Positions 9,543-18,183 of a stretch of 43,446 bases of DNA are shown here, one piece after another. The notes under the pieces are model-generated. The model saw only the letters and a program-made list of their open reading frames with translations. It did no database searches and was not told the DNA's origin. The DNA lies in assembly GCA_018401135.1 (NCBI GenBank), contig JAGYLL010000003.1, positions 1-43,446 of the forward strand. Reading direction: 5' to 3'. A program made the position numbers and the translations under genes. The DNA comes from Candidatus Moraniibacteriota bacterium. Its GTDB lineage: Bacteria; Patescibacteriota; Minisyncoccia; Moranbacterales; GCA-2747515. The stretch's first letter is position 1; each line of letters starts with the position of its first letter.

Positions 9543-10098
9543 AGATCAATTAGCAAGTCAAATAGAAAGCATTCTTTTTGTACATGGAGATCCTTTGCAA
9601 CTCAAAAAAATTTCAAAGTTTTTAGAATGTTCTCTTGAAGATATGGAAGATGCTATAGGCATACTTGAGGCACACTATGATTCTCCTTGTCGAGGTTTGG
9701 CACTCATGAGAAAAGATGATACAATAACACTTGTTACTCGATCTGAAAATGCTTCCATTGTAAGAAAATTTACAAACAAAGATATCAACGCTCAACTTTC
9801 CAATGCTCTCTTGGAAGTTATGTCTATTGTTGCATACCGTTGCCCTGTGACAAGGCAAGAAATAGAATATATACGAGGAGTGAACTGTGGATCAGCTTTG
9901 AGAAATCTTCTCATACGAGGCTTGATTGAAAAAGTACATCATTCAGAAGATAAAAGAGCATTTTTGTATAGACCAGCATCACTTTTTTTTGAAACAATAG
10001 GCATAACGAATATTACTCAACTTCCCCAATATGAAAAACTCTCCCGAGATTCCCGCTTGGTATCTACCGAAGATGAAGAAGCGAAGATTTGGAAATAG
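9526..10098 (+). CDS. scpB: Segregation and condensation protein B
   Basis: IESILFV, LEVMSIVAYRCPVTRQEIEYIRGVN, LP at C-terminus; overlaps scpA. Confidence 0.95.
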   Translation: MSQQNRDQLASQIESILFVHGDPLQLKKISKFLECSLEDMEDAIGILEAHYDSPCRGLALMRKDDTITLVTRSENASIVRKFTNKDINAQLSNALLEVMSIVAYRCPVTRQEIEYIRGVNCGSALRNLLIRGLIEKVHHSEDKRAFLYRPASLFFETIGITNITQLPQYEKLSRDSRLVSTEDEEAKIWK

Positions 10099-11135
10099 CA
10101 TTTTTTTTGTTTTAGTAGGAGGTTCTTTTTTTATTCTTTTTTCTTTTTTATATACCAAATCTAGCTCTTTGGATTTTTTTTCACCTACTGTTTTGGGAGA
10201 AGAATACGAAAATGGATCAGTGGTCTCTTCTTTTGAACAAAAAATCCAGAGGAACTTTTTTCTTCAAGTAAAGAAATCATTGAGAAGAAAAACCAGAAGA
10301 TCTTGTTCCATTTGGAATCCCTCTTCCTCGCATAAAAGATGATGTGAGGGATTTTATTTCTGTAAGTTCGCACGCTTCTCTTGTTATTGACGCCCAATCA
10401 GAAACACTCCTTCATTACAATGAAGGAAAAGAACGTCGTCCTATAGCATCTCTTACGAAGATGATGACCGCTCTTATGGTTATGGAAAGCGTAGAAGATT
10501 TAGATGAGATTGTTACTATAAAAAAAGAAATGCTTAATGTCGAGGGTACGGTCATAGGTTGTCCACGATCTGGCTATTGCACAGGCACACGACTTCAAAT
10601 TGATGAGAAAATTCGTGTGAAAGATCTTCTCAAGGCGATGCTTATGAATAGTGCTAATGACTCCGCAACAGCTCTTGCTGTTCATATAGGAGGAACTATG
10701 GAAGATTTTGTCGATGATATGAATGAAAGAGCACAATCTTTGGGTTTTATGGATTCGAATTTTTGTACCCCATCTGGACTCGAAATAGACGGTAAAGAAT
10801 GTTATTCAACTGCTTATGATATTGCTCGAATAGCTATAAGGGTTCTCGAATATCAAGAAATTTGGGAGATAATGAATCTTCCTCCTGGCACAACCATAAC
10901 ATCTGTAGATGGAAAATATACACACGAGTTGCTTAATACGAATGCACTCCTTGGTGATTACGATGGTCTTTTGGGCGCAAAAACAGGATTTACGCCAGAT
11001 GCCGGTTATTGTGTTTTGGCAGTTGCTCAAAGACAAGGACACAATATTGTTGGTGTAGTACTTGACGACCCTTATCGATGGAGAACGATTCAAGATATGT
11101 TTACCTGGACATTTTCCTCTTATATATGGAAATAA
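10073..11135 (+). pseudogene. D-alanyl-D-alanine carboxypeptidase (peptidase S11), frameshifted between membrane anchor and catalytic domain
   Basis: Catalytic part 10344-11135 has SxxK (ASLTK), SxN (SAN) and KTG. The N-terminal TM anchor (MKKRRFGNSIFFVLV...) from ATG 10073 is in another frame; the frames join around 10240-10340. May be a sequencing indel rather than a true pseudogene. Confidence 0.8.
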
Positions 11136-11153
11136 GTCTCTAAGAAAAATTGT

Positions 11154-11182
11154 TTGATTTCTTTTTTTCTACATAGTATACT
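11154..11182 (+). promoter_or_regulatory. Sigma70-type promoter of mraY (probably leaderless transcript)
   Basis: TTGATT-17 bp-TATACT ending 6 nt before ATG 11189. Confidence 0.6.
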
Positions 11183-11188
11183 TTTATT

Positions 11189-12286
11189 ATGGAAATAGCT
11201 CAAATACAACATATTCCTGAAGCAATGAATGTGTTTAAAGTTCTTGCTACGGGCGTATTAGCTTTTGTTTTAGCATTTTTTATCACACCTTTCTGGGCTC
11301 ATTTTTTGTATCGTAAAAAAATAGGGATAAAAATAAAAAAGAATTCTGTGCAAGGAGAGAAATTGACGTATGTAAGTGCTCTTCATAAAAACAAGGAAGG
11401 TACTCCTACTATGGGAGGGGTTATTATATGGCTTTCGGTTCTTCTTTTGGCTTTTGCCTCCCATTTTATTTTTCCATGGTTTGCTTGTTTGGTAGAGACT
11501 GATTTTATAGCACGTTTGGATTTTTTGAGTCGTTCTCAAGTCTGGCTCCCTCTTTTTGCTTTGGGAGCAGGAGGTGTTTTGGGGCTTTTGGATGATTATA
11601 TGAGCGTGAAGGGTATAGGAAAAAATAAAGGAGGAGGTATGAGATTTTTGATGCGCTTTTATTGGCTTTTTATCATAGCTGGTGCGGGTGCTTGGTGGTT
11701 TTATGACAAACTTGGTTGGGATGAAATTCATATTCCCGCAGTGGGAGACTTTTCTATAGGACTCTGGTATATTCCTCTTTTTATTTTTGTTATTTTGTTT
11801 ACAGCTATATCTTCTAATGAAACAGATGGTTTGGATGGACTTAACGCGGGAGTACTTCTTATGGCTTTTTCTGCTTTTGCTGCTATTGCTTATGCTCAGA
11901 ATAAAATGGATCTTGCGGCCTTTTGCTCCGCTGTTTCGGGCGCACTTCTGGCATTTCTTTGGTTTAATGTCTATCCAGCAAGATTTTTTATGGGAGATAC
12001 GGGCGCTATGGCACTAGGAACAACACTGGGGACTGTAGCACTTCTTACCGATTCCGTTATCGTTCTTTTTATCATTGTTTTTATCTATGTTCTTGAATCG
12101 GGGAGTGTCGTGATACAGCTTTTCTCGAAACGTTTTTTTAAGAGAAAGGTATTTCTTTCTGCTCCCATACACCATCATTTCGAAGCTCTTGGTTGGCCTG
12201 AGCCAAAAGTTACGATGCGTGTATGGATATTTACTATGCTCACAGCGGTTATCGGAGTAATTGTTGCTATCTTGGGAGGTGGATGA
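11189..12286 (+). CDS. mraY: Phospho-N-acetylmuramoyl-pentapeptide transferase
   Basis: KEGTPTMGG, GLLDD, NETDGLDGL, FMGDTG, APIHHHFE motifs. Confidence 0.97.
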   Translation: MEIAQIQHIPEAMNVFKVLATGVLAFVLAFFITPFWAHFLYRKKIGIKIKKNSVQGEKLTYVSALHKNKEGTPTMGGVIIWLSVLLLAFASHFIFPWFACLVETDFIARLDFLSRSQVWLPLFALGAGGVLGLLDDYMSVKGIGKNKGGGMRFLMRFYWLFIIAGAGAWWFYDKLGWDEIHIPAVGDFSIGLWYIPLFIFVILFTAISSNETDGLDGLNAGVLLMAFSAFAAIAYAQNKMDLAAFCSAVSGALLAFLWFNVYPARFFMGDTGAMALGTTLGTVALLTDSVIVLFIIVFIYVLESGSVVIQLFSKRFFKRKVFLSAPIHHHFEALGWPEPKVTMRVWIFTMLTAVIGVIVAILGGG

Positions 12287-12298
12287 TCGTGCTAATAT

Positions 12299-12327
12299 TT
12301 GACAAGAGATGATTTTTTCTTTATATT
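12299..12327 (+). promoter_or_regulatory. Sigma70 promoter of ssrA
   Basis: TTGACA-17 bp-TATATT, 35 nt upstream of the mature tmRNA 5' end. Confidence 0.75.
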
Positions 12328-12362
12328 TCATAGTACGGAGTTAAAAACTCAATTTTTGTTTT

Positions 12363-12784
12363 GGGGCTGTATGATTCGACGGAATGTTCTTTATCAAGAA
12401 AGCGAACTGATCTATCGTGATTATATCAAAAAACTATTCACGAAACTATACGTGCAAACGTATTCAACAAGGCAAAAGAAGCTATTGCGAAAGCATTTAG
12501 TCCTTCCTACGCCATCGCTTTGGCCTAATATCCTTAGCCATCAAATCAAATGAGTGCTTCATAGTTTGAATTTGGTGTTATATAATGAAGCTAGTTTTTC
12601 TTTTTCCCATGAAGAAAATACGAAATATATTGGGATGGCGAAGCGTTATTTTCTGTTTTTCTTTTAAGACGCGGATGTCATTATACAAGTTTCGTTATTG
12701 CGCGAATTCTTGCTAAGAAAAACTGCGTTCGGAGAATTCTTGATAGGTGCGTTACCGGACATGGGTTCAATCCCATCAGCTCCA
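12363..12784 (+). ncRNA. ssrA: tmRNA (one-piece)
   Basis: 5' GGGGCTG..ATTCGACGG; 3' GGAC-ATGGG-TTCAAT-CCCAT-CAGCTCC-A; acceptor stem with G3-U alanine determinant; helix 2 ATCAAGAA/TTCTTGAT; tag frame 12454-12528 ANVFNKAKEAIAKAFSPSYAIALA*. Confidence 0.95.
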
Positions 12785-12821
12785 CTGAAGTAAAGGTGTC
12801 TCAATAAGTATACTAATAAAA

Positions 12822-12852
12822 TTTCTTATGTTTTGTTTCAAAACATAAGAAA
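12822..12852. promoter_or_regulatory. Perfect 14-bp hairpin between ssrA and infC
   Basis: TTTCTTATGTTTTG-ttt-CAAAACATAAGAAA; terminator, processing site or leader element. Confidence 0.55.
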
Positions 12853-12861
12853 GCCATTTTC

Positions 12862-13410
12862 ATGAGAAGACGATTTCGAAGGCCAAAAAAATTTAAACTT
12901 GTTGTACCAAGATATCGATCCAATGAACAAATCAAGGTGCCAAGTGTTTTTATTATCGATGCCGATAATAATCAAGTGGGAGAAATGGATATTCGTGAAG
13001 CTTTGGCTATGGCAAAAGAAGCGGAGCTTGATCTTGTAGAGGTCGCTCCCAAAGCAAATCCTCCTGTTTGTCGTATTTTAGATTTTGGAAAATTTCAGTA
13101 CCAACAAGCCAAGAAAGAACAACAACAGAAGACGCATCAGAAAAAAACAGGAACAAAAGGTTTGAGAATAGGTTTTCGAACGGATACACACGATCTTTCT
13201 TTCAAAAAGAAGCAAACAGAAAAATTTATCGAGAAAGGATATAAGGTAAAAATAGAAATTCGATTGCGTGGAAGAGAAAAGGCTCATCAAGATATGGCAA
13301 GAGAAAATTTACAATCTTTTGTTTCTTCACTTGACATTCCGCACAAAATAGAAGAAGATATCAAAAGGTTTCCTGGTGGATTTCATGTTGTAGTCGCAGG
13401 AGAAGAATAA
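12862..13410 (+). CDS. infC: Translation initiation factor IF-3
   Basis: NEQIK, LDLVEVAPKANPPVCRILDFGKFQY, RGRE; precedes rpmI-rplT. Confidence 0.96.
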   Translation: MRRRFRRPKKFKLVVPRYRSNEQIKVPSVFIIDADNNQVGEMDIREALAMAKEAELDLVEVAPKANPPVCRILDFGKFQYQQAKKEQQQKTHQKKTGTKGLRIGFRTDTHDLSFKKKQTEKFIEKGYKVKIEIRLRGREKAHQDMARENLQSFVSSLDIPHKIEEDIKRFPGGFHVVVAGEE

Positions 13411-13422
13411 TTGAAATATTAT

Positions 13423-13617
13423 ATGAAGCAAAAAACAAGAAAAGCTGTTTCTAAAAAATTTACTATAACGAAAACGGGAAAGGTATTTCGTCGTTATACG
13501 AAGCAAAATCATGGAAATAGCAAAGAAACGGGATCATTTAGAAGAAAAAAACGACGAGACATAGAGTTGAATAAAACAGATAGCGCTAATGTTTTACGTG
13601 CACTGCCCAACGCTTAA
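13423..13617 (+). CDS. rpmI: 50S ribosomal protein L35
   Basis: MKQKTRKAVSKKFTITKTGK...LP; located between infC and rplT. Confidence 0.93.
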   Translation: MKQKTRKAVSKKFTITKTGKVFRRYTKQNHGNSKETGSFRRKKRRDIELNKTDSANVLRALPNA

Positions 13618-13644
13618 AAGAATAATTGATCCAAAAAATTGAGT

Positions 13645-13992
13645 ATGAGTCGAGTGAAGCGCGGAGTTTCCGCATCTAAAAGAAGAAAAAATGTATTGAA
13701 ACTAACAAAAGGTTTCAAGTGGAGGAGAAAATCTCACTATAGAGCAGCCAAAGAAGCTCTTCTTAAGGCTGGAAAATATGCACATAGAGATCGTAGAGCC
13801 AAAAAACGAGTTATGCGACGTTTATGGATTACTCGTCTTAACATCGCACTTAGAGGAGAAGGAGTGAAGTATAGCGAATTCATTCGTCTTCAAAAGAAAG
13901 TAGGGAACAAACTTGATCGGAAAGTTCTTTCTGAACTTGTGGTAAAAGAACCCGCAGTATTTTCATCTCTTGTTTCGCAAATAAAAGGGTAG
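13645..13992 (+). CDS. rplT: 50S ribosomal protein L20
   Basis: MSRVKRG, YAHRDRRAKKR..RRLWITRLN, LDRKVLSEL. Confidence 0.97.
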   Translation: MSRVKRGVSASKRRKNVLKLTKGFKWRRKSHYRAAKEALLKAGKYAHRDRRAKKRVMRRLWITRLNIALRGEGVKYSEFIRLQKKVGNKLDRKVLSELVVKEPAVFSSLVSQIKG

Positions 13993-14013
13993 GTTTTTTT
14001 TAAAGAAAGATCG

Positions 14014-14063
14014 ATACTAAAAAACGAATGTCTTATTTTATAGGGAGCATTCGTTTTTAGTAT
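14014..14063. terminator. Probable bidirectional terminator
   Basis: ATACTAAAAAACGAATG...CATTCGTTTTTAGTAT inverted repeat between convergent rplT and a small minus-strand ORF. Confidence 0.65.
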
Positions 14064-14084
14064 ATGGAGGATAGGGAAAAATTT

Positions 14085-14204
14085 TTATTTCTTATCCACG
14101 TCTTCTAATTTCACAAGGATTTCTTTCCAAAGACGTTTGAAAGCTCCAAAAGGAAGCCAGATCCAGAGAGTTTTCTTGAGGAGTTTTTCAAAAAATTGAT
14201 TCAT
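14085..14204 (-). CDS. Small hypothetical protein (39 aa)
   Basis: MNQFFEKLLKKTLWIWLPFGAFKRLWKEILVKLEDVDKK; amphipathic, sits alone in an intergenic gap and ends next to the terminator. Confidence 0.5.
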   Translation of the reverse strand: MNQFFEKLLKKTLWIWLPFGAFKRLWKEILVKLEDVDKK

Positions 14205-14339
14205 ATATATTAGGAGAAAAGAAATAAAAAGAATATATATAGAATAAACTTTTTTGTAAAAGAATGCAATGTTTTTTTTGTAAAACATATATTTTTTTGA
14301 TATACTTATAGAGTGCATTAATAATCTATGTAATTGAGT

Positions 14340-14969
14340 ATGAAAAAAGAAGAAAAAGGTTTGTTATTATTTGTTATAAGTATTCTTTTTATTCTTACTG
14401 CAGGTGCTGTTGTTTTTTTCACCATGAATTCTTATACATTTGAACCTTCTCCCTATACATTAGAAACTCCTTATTATCCAGAGTCAGATTCTTGTCAGAT
14501 GCTTTCCTGTCATGGAACTGATGTGCAATGTGGGATACAAAAAGGTCATTTACAATGCGATATGATGTATCAGATAGGAGATAGTTGTCGACAGTATGCT
14601 CGTTGTCAGACAATCGAAGGCGAATGTACGCTTATAAAAGAAGATTTTTTCGATACCTGTGTTTCTTGTGTAGAAAAATGTCAAGAAACATCTGCTAACT
14701 CCGACGATCCCTCAGAAGTTTTTTTGTGTGAAAATTCTTGTTTAGAGGGAAGTTATGACAGAAAGTTATTGAAGATATGTCCAGATGAGAAAATTGAAAA
14801 TGCTATGCCAGGAAGTTTTGACGATGCACTCGCCGTTCCTCAAGAAGAAGGGGGATTTCCTCTTCCGAGAGAATATTTTATCCTAAATGGAGAAAGACGA
14901 GAAATTGAAGAATTTGATACAGTGTGGGTAGAAGAAAATTGTTCTGTGGGGGAGCAAATAGTTTGGTAA
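14340..14969 (+). CDS. Cysteine-rich membrane-anchored exported protein
   Basis: N-terminal TM helix followed by 14 Cys residues in an acidic soluble region. Confidence 0.75.
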   Translation: MKKEEKGLLLFVISILFILTAGAVVFFTMNSYTFEPSPYTLETPYYPESDSCQMLSCHGTDVQCGIQKGHLQCDMMYQIGDSCRQYARCQTIEGECTLIKEDFFDTCVSCVEKCQETSANSDDPSEVFLCENSCLEGSYDRKLLKICPDEKIENAMPGSFDDALAVPQEEGGFPLPREYFILNGERREIEEFDTVWVEENCSVGEQIVW

Positions 14970-15091
14970 AAAGAGAGTATTAGAGAAAGGGGGTTATTTT
15001 AGAAATGTTTTTTTATTTACAAAAAGAGCTAGATGTCTCATTCTTAGAGAATATTTTCTTTTGAAATAATTTTTTTGTACCGAAATTTTTT

Positions 15092-16858
15092 ATGACAATA
15101 TCTTTGCGAACGATACTTTCTTATTATTGGAGACATATAAAAAATTACCCCATAGTAGGGATACTTCTTTTTATTTCGTATATATCTGCAGGAATTATTG
15201 CCAACACGCTGTCCCCACTTATTTATAAAAATATTATCGATATTATTTCTTTGGGAGAAATACGTCAGGAGATGGTACAGGATGTTTTTTTCTGGGTGTG
15301 GATATTGGGAGGAGCAATTATTGCCTATAATATTCTTTATCGACTTGGAGACTATGTTTCTATTCTTTTTGAAAGTAATATTCTTAGGGATTTAGCCAAT
15401 GATGCTTTTGAGCGACTTCATCGACATTCGTACTTCTTTTTTACGAATAATTTTTCAGGATCATTGGTATCTAAATCGAAGCGTTTTGTTTGGTCTTTTT
15501 CTTCTATTTTTAATAATGTGTTGTGGCATATCATTTTACGTTTTGTGGAGCTTCTTGGTGCTATTATTGTTCTTTTTCTCAATGTGCCTCTTATCGCATG
15601 GATGTATGTTTTGTGGATTATTGTTTTTATCGGAATTTCTCTTTGGTTTGCTCGTATAAAAATGCCTTATGATACCAAAGAAGCGAATATGGATTCTCAA
15701 GTGACTGGGAGACAAGCAGATACGATAACGAATGCCCTTACTATCAAAATGTTTGGTTCAAGAGGAGGAGAACAGGTATCGTTTCAGGAAATAACTCAGC
15801 TACAAGAAAAAACACGAAGAAGCGCTTGGCTTATGCGTAATTACCAAGTTGCTCTTCAGGGTTTTCTATTTATTATTTTGGAATTTGGCGCTATGTATTT
15901 TGTGGCACAGTTATGGAGTGAAGGTCGTGCTACCGTAGGAACAGTTGTTTTGGTACAAATATATATATTCGGAACGTTTAATGCTGTTTGGGGTTTTGGA
16001 AGAGCTTTAATGGATATTGAGAAATCATTGGCAGATGCCAAAGAAATGGTGGAGATTTTCGAAACGGATATCTCGGTTAAAGACCCTATTTCTCCAGAAA
16101 AGTGTCTTATTTCTAGGGGAGAAGTGCTTTTTGATACTGTTTCGTTTGTGTATGAAGACAAGGGAAGTAAGGTGTTGGAAAATTTTCACCTTCATATACT
16201 CCCAGGAGAAAAAATTGGTATTATGGGACACAGTGGAGCAGGAAAAACAACGATTACGAAAATCCTTCTTCGTTTTATCGATATACAAGAAGGAAGTGTT
16301 CGAATCGATAATCAAGATATTAGAAATATTACCCAAGATGATCTTCGTCGAAAGATTGCCTATGTTCCTCAGGAACCTTTGCTTTTTCATCGATCTATAA
16401 AAGAAAATATTGCTTATGGAAAACCAGAGGCAACAGATGAAGAAATACAAGAAGTTGCAAAGCGTGCCAGAGCACATAAATTTATACAAAAACTTCCTCA
16501 AGGATATGATACTCTGGTCGGTGAACGAGGAGTTAAATTATCAGGAGGAGAGCGTCAGCGCATTGCTATTGCTCGTGCTATGCTCAAAAATGCACCACTT
16601 CTTATTCTCGATGAGGCAACAAGTTCTTTAGATAGTGTGAGTGAAAAGTATATCCAAGAGGCGCTTCATAATCTTATGGAGAATCGAACAACTATTGTTA
16701 TTGCCCATCGATTGAGTACCATTCAAAAGATGGATCGCATTTTGGTTGTAGAAAATGGGAAGATTATTGAAGAAGGAGATCATACAACACTTATGGATGC
16801 AAATGGAGTTTATGCTCTTTTTTGGAATCAGCAGGTTGGTGGCTTTATTAGAGAGTAG
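15092..16858 (+). CDS. ABC exporter, fused permease/ATPase (MsbA/MdlB-like)
   Basis: Six-TM N-terminal domain, Walker A GHSGAGKT, signature LSGGERQ, Walker B LILDE, IAHRLST. Confidence 0.95.
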   Translation: MTISLRTILSYYWRHIKNYPIVGILLFISYISAGIIANTLSPLIYKNIIDIISLGEIRQEMVQDVFFWVWILGGAIIAYNILYRLGDYVSILFESNILRDLANDAFERLHRHSYFFFTNNFSGSLVSKSKRFVWSFSSIFNNVLWHIILRFVELLGAIIVLFLNVPLIAWMYVLWIIVFIGISLWFARIKMPYDTKEANMDSQVTGRQADTITNALTIKMFGSRGGEQVSFQEITQLQEKTRRSAWLMRNYQVALQGFLFIILEFGAMYFVAQLWSEGRATVGTVVLVQIYIFGTFNAVWGFGRALMDIEKSLADAKEMVEIFETDISVKDPISPEKCLISRGEVLFDTVSFVYEDKGSKVLENFHLHILPGEKIGIMGHSGAGKTTITKILLRFIDIQEGSVRIDNQDIRNITQDDLRRKIAYVPQEPLLFHRSIKENIAYGKPEATDEEIQEVAKRARAHKFIQKLPQGYDTLVGERGVKLSGGERQRIAIARAMLKNAPLLILDEATSSLDSVSEKYIQEALHNLMENRTTIVIAHRLSTIQKMDRILVVENGKIIEEGDHTTLMDANGVYALFWNQQVGGFIRE

Positions 16859-16908
16859 TATTTTTGGTGCAAAGTAGAGGAAATAATAAAAAAAGGTAAT
16901 TAAAGGTG

Positions 16909-16936
16909 TTGCGAAAGAGTATTTTTATGCTACTAT
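16909..16936 (+). promoter_or_regulatory. Promoter of tyrS (probably leaderless transcript)
   Basis: TTGCGA-16 bp-TACTAT with TG extension, ending 7 nt before ATG 16944. Confidence 0.5.
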
Positions 16937-16943
16937 AGAATAT

Positions 16944-18161
16944 ATGACAAAAGAAGAAAAAAAGCGCGCCATCGAAGATATATTCGATCGAAAAACTATT
17001 GTAGAAATACTTCCTTCCAAAGAAGCTTTTATTGAACGTCTTAGTGGAGATGAAAAAATGCTTTTTTTTATTGGATTTGATGCTACATCTCCCACACTTC
17101 ATCTTTCTCATGCAAAAAACATTATGCTTTTGGAGAAATTTCGTCTTCTTGGGCATAAAGTCGTTTTGCTTTTTGGTGATTTTACCGCTATGATCGGTGA
17201 TCCCACAGGAGAGTCTTTGAAGCGAAAGCAACTTAGTCGAGAAGAAGTAGCGGAAAATGTTGAAAAGTGGAAAAAACAAATACGTCCTTTAATGGATTTT
17301 GATGCCAAAGAGAATCCCCCACAGATACGATATAATAGCGAGTGGCTTGCTCCTCTTACTTTTCAAGAGATTATTCAATTAGCATCTCATTTTACTGTAG
17401 GGCAAATGCTAGAGAGAGATATGTTTGAAAAGCGTATGAAAAAGGGTGATCCTGTGTATCTTCATGAATTTTTTTATCCCCTTATGCAAGGGTATGATAG
17501 TGTAGTGCTTGAAGCTGATGTTGAACTTTGTGGAACAGATCAAACCTTTAATGCCCTTTCAGGAAGGACGCTAAGAAAAAAATTACAAAATAAAGAAAAA
17601 TTTGTTGTCACCGTTACCCTTATGGAAGATCCCGAAACGGGAGAATTAATGTCAAAAAGCAAGGGAACAGGAGTTTTTCTTGATACAGATGCTCGAAATA
17701 TGTTTGGTCAGGTAATGTCTTTGGGAGATGGTATGATAGAGCCACTTCTTAGGCATTGCACTCGTCTTTCTCTTGATGATATTGATGATGTTCTTATAAA
17801 AAACAAAAATCCTCGTGATACAAAATTACAAGTAGCACAAGAAATAGTATCCATATTTTATGGAAAAGATGAAGCTGAAAAAGAGAAGAAATATTTCATC
17901 GAAACGTTTTCAAATAAAAATATTGATCTCGATTCTCTTGAGAGTACGGAAGTTTCTTCGGGAGAAACTTTTCTTGATGTTTTGGTGCGAGAAAAACTTG
18001 CCGAAAGCAAAGGAGATGCACGAAGAAAAATTATACAAGGAGGTGTTTCTTTGGAAGGAGAAAAGTTACTCGACCCAGAACAATCATTTACAGAAGAAAT
18101 GAATAATACTACTCTTCGTGTGGGGAAAAAACATTTCAAAAAAATAGTTTTTAGAAAATAA
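16944..18161 (+). CDS. tyrS: Tyrosine--tRNA ligase
   Basis: GFDATSPTLHLSH, FTAMIGDPTG, YPLMQGYD, GTDQTFN, LMSKS, C-terminal S4 domain (VGKK). Confidence 0.96.
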   Translation: MTKEEKKRAIEDIFDRKTIVEILPSKEAFIERLSGDEKMLFFIGFDATSPTLHLSHAKNIMLLEKFRLLGHKVVLLFGDFTAMIGDPTGESLKRKQLSREEVAENVEKWKKQIRPLMDFDAKENPPQIRYNSEWLAPLTFQEIIQLASHFTVGQMLERDMFEKRMKKGDPVYLHEFFYPLMQGYDSVVLEADVELCGTDQTFNALSGRTLRKKLQNKEKFVVTVTLMEDPETGELMSKSKGTGVFLDTDARNMFGQVMSLGDGMIEPLLRHCTRLSLDDIDDVLIKNKNPRDTKLQVAQEIVSIFYGKDEAEKEKKYFIETFSNKNIDLDSLESTEVSSGETFLDVLVREKLAESKGDARRKIIQGGVSLEGEKLLDPEQSFTEEMNNTTLRVGKKHFKKIVFRK

Positions 18162-18183
18162 GCAGGAAGAAAATAGAGAATGT

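Noticed and set aside
12299-12553. 84-aa ORF after mraY
   Set aside because: Overlaps the ssrA promoter and tmRNA; its TTG start is the -35 box.
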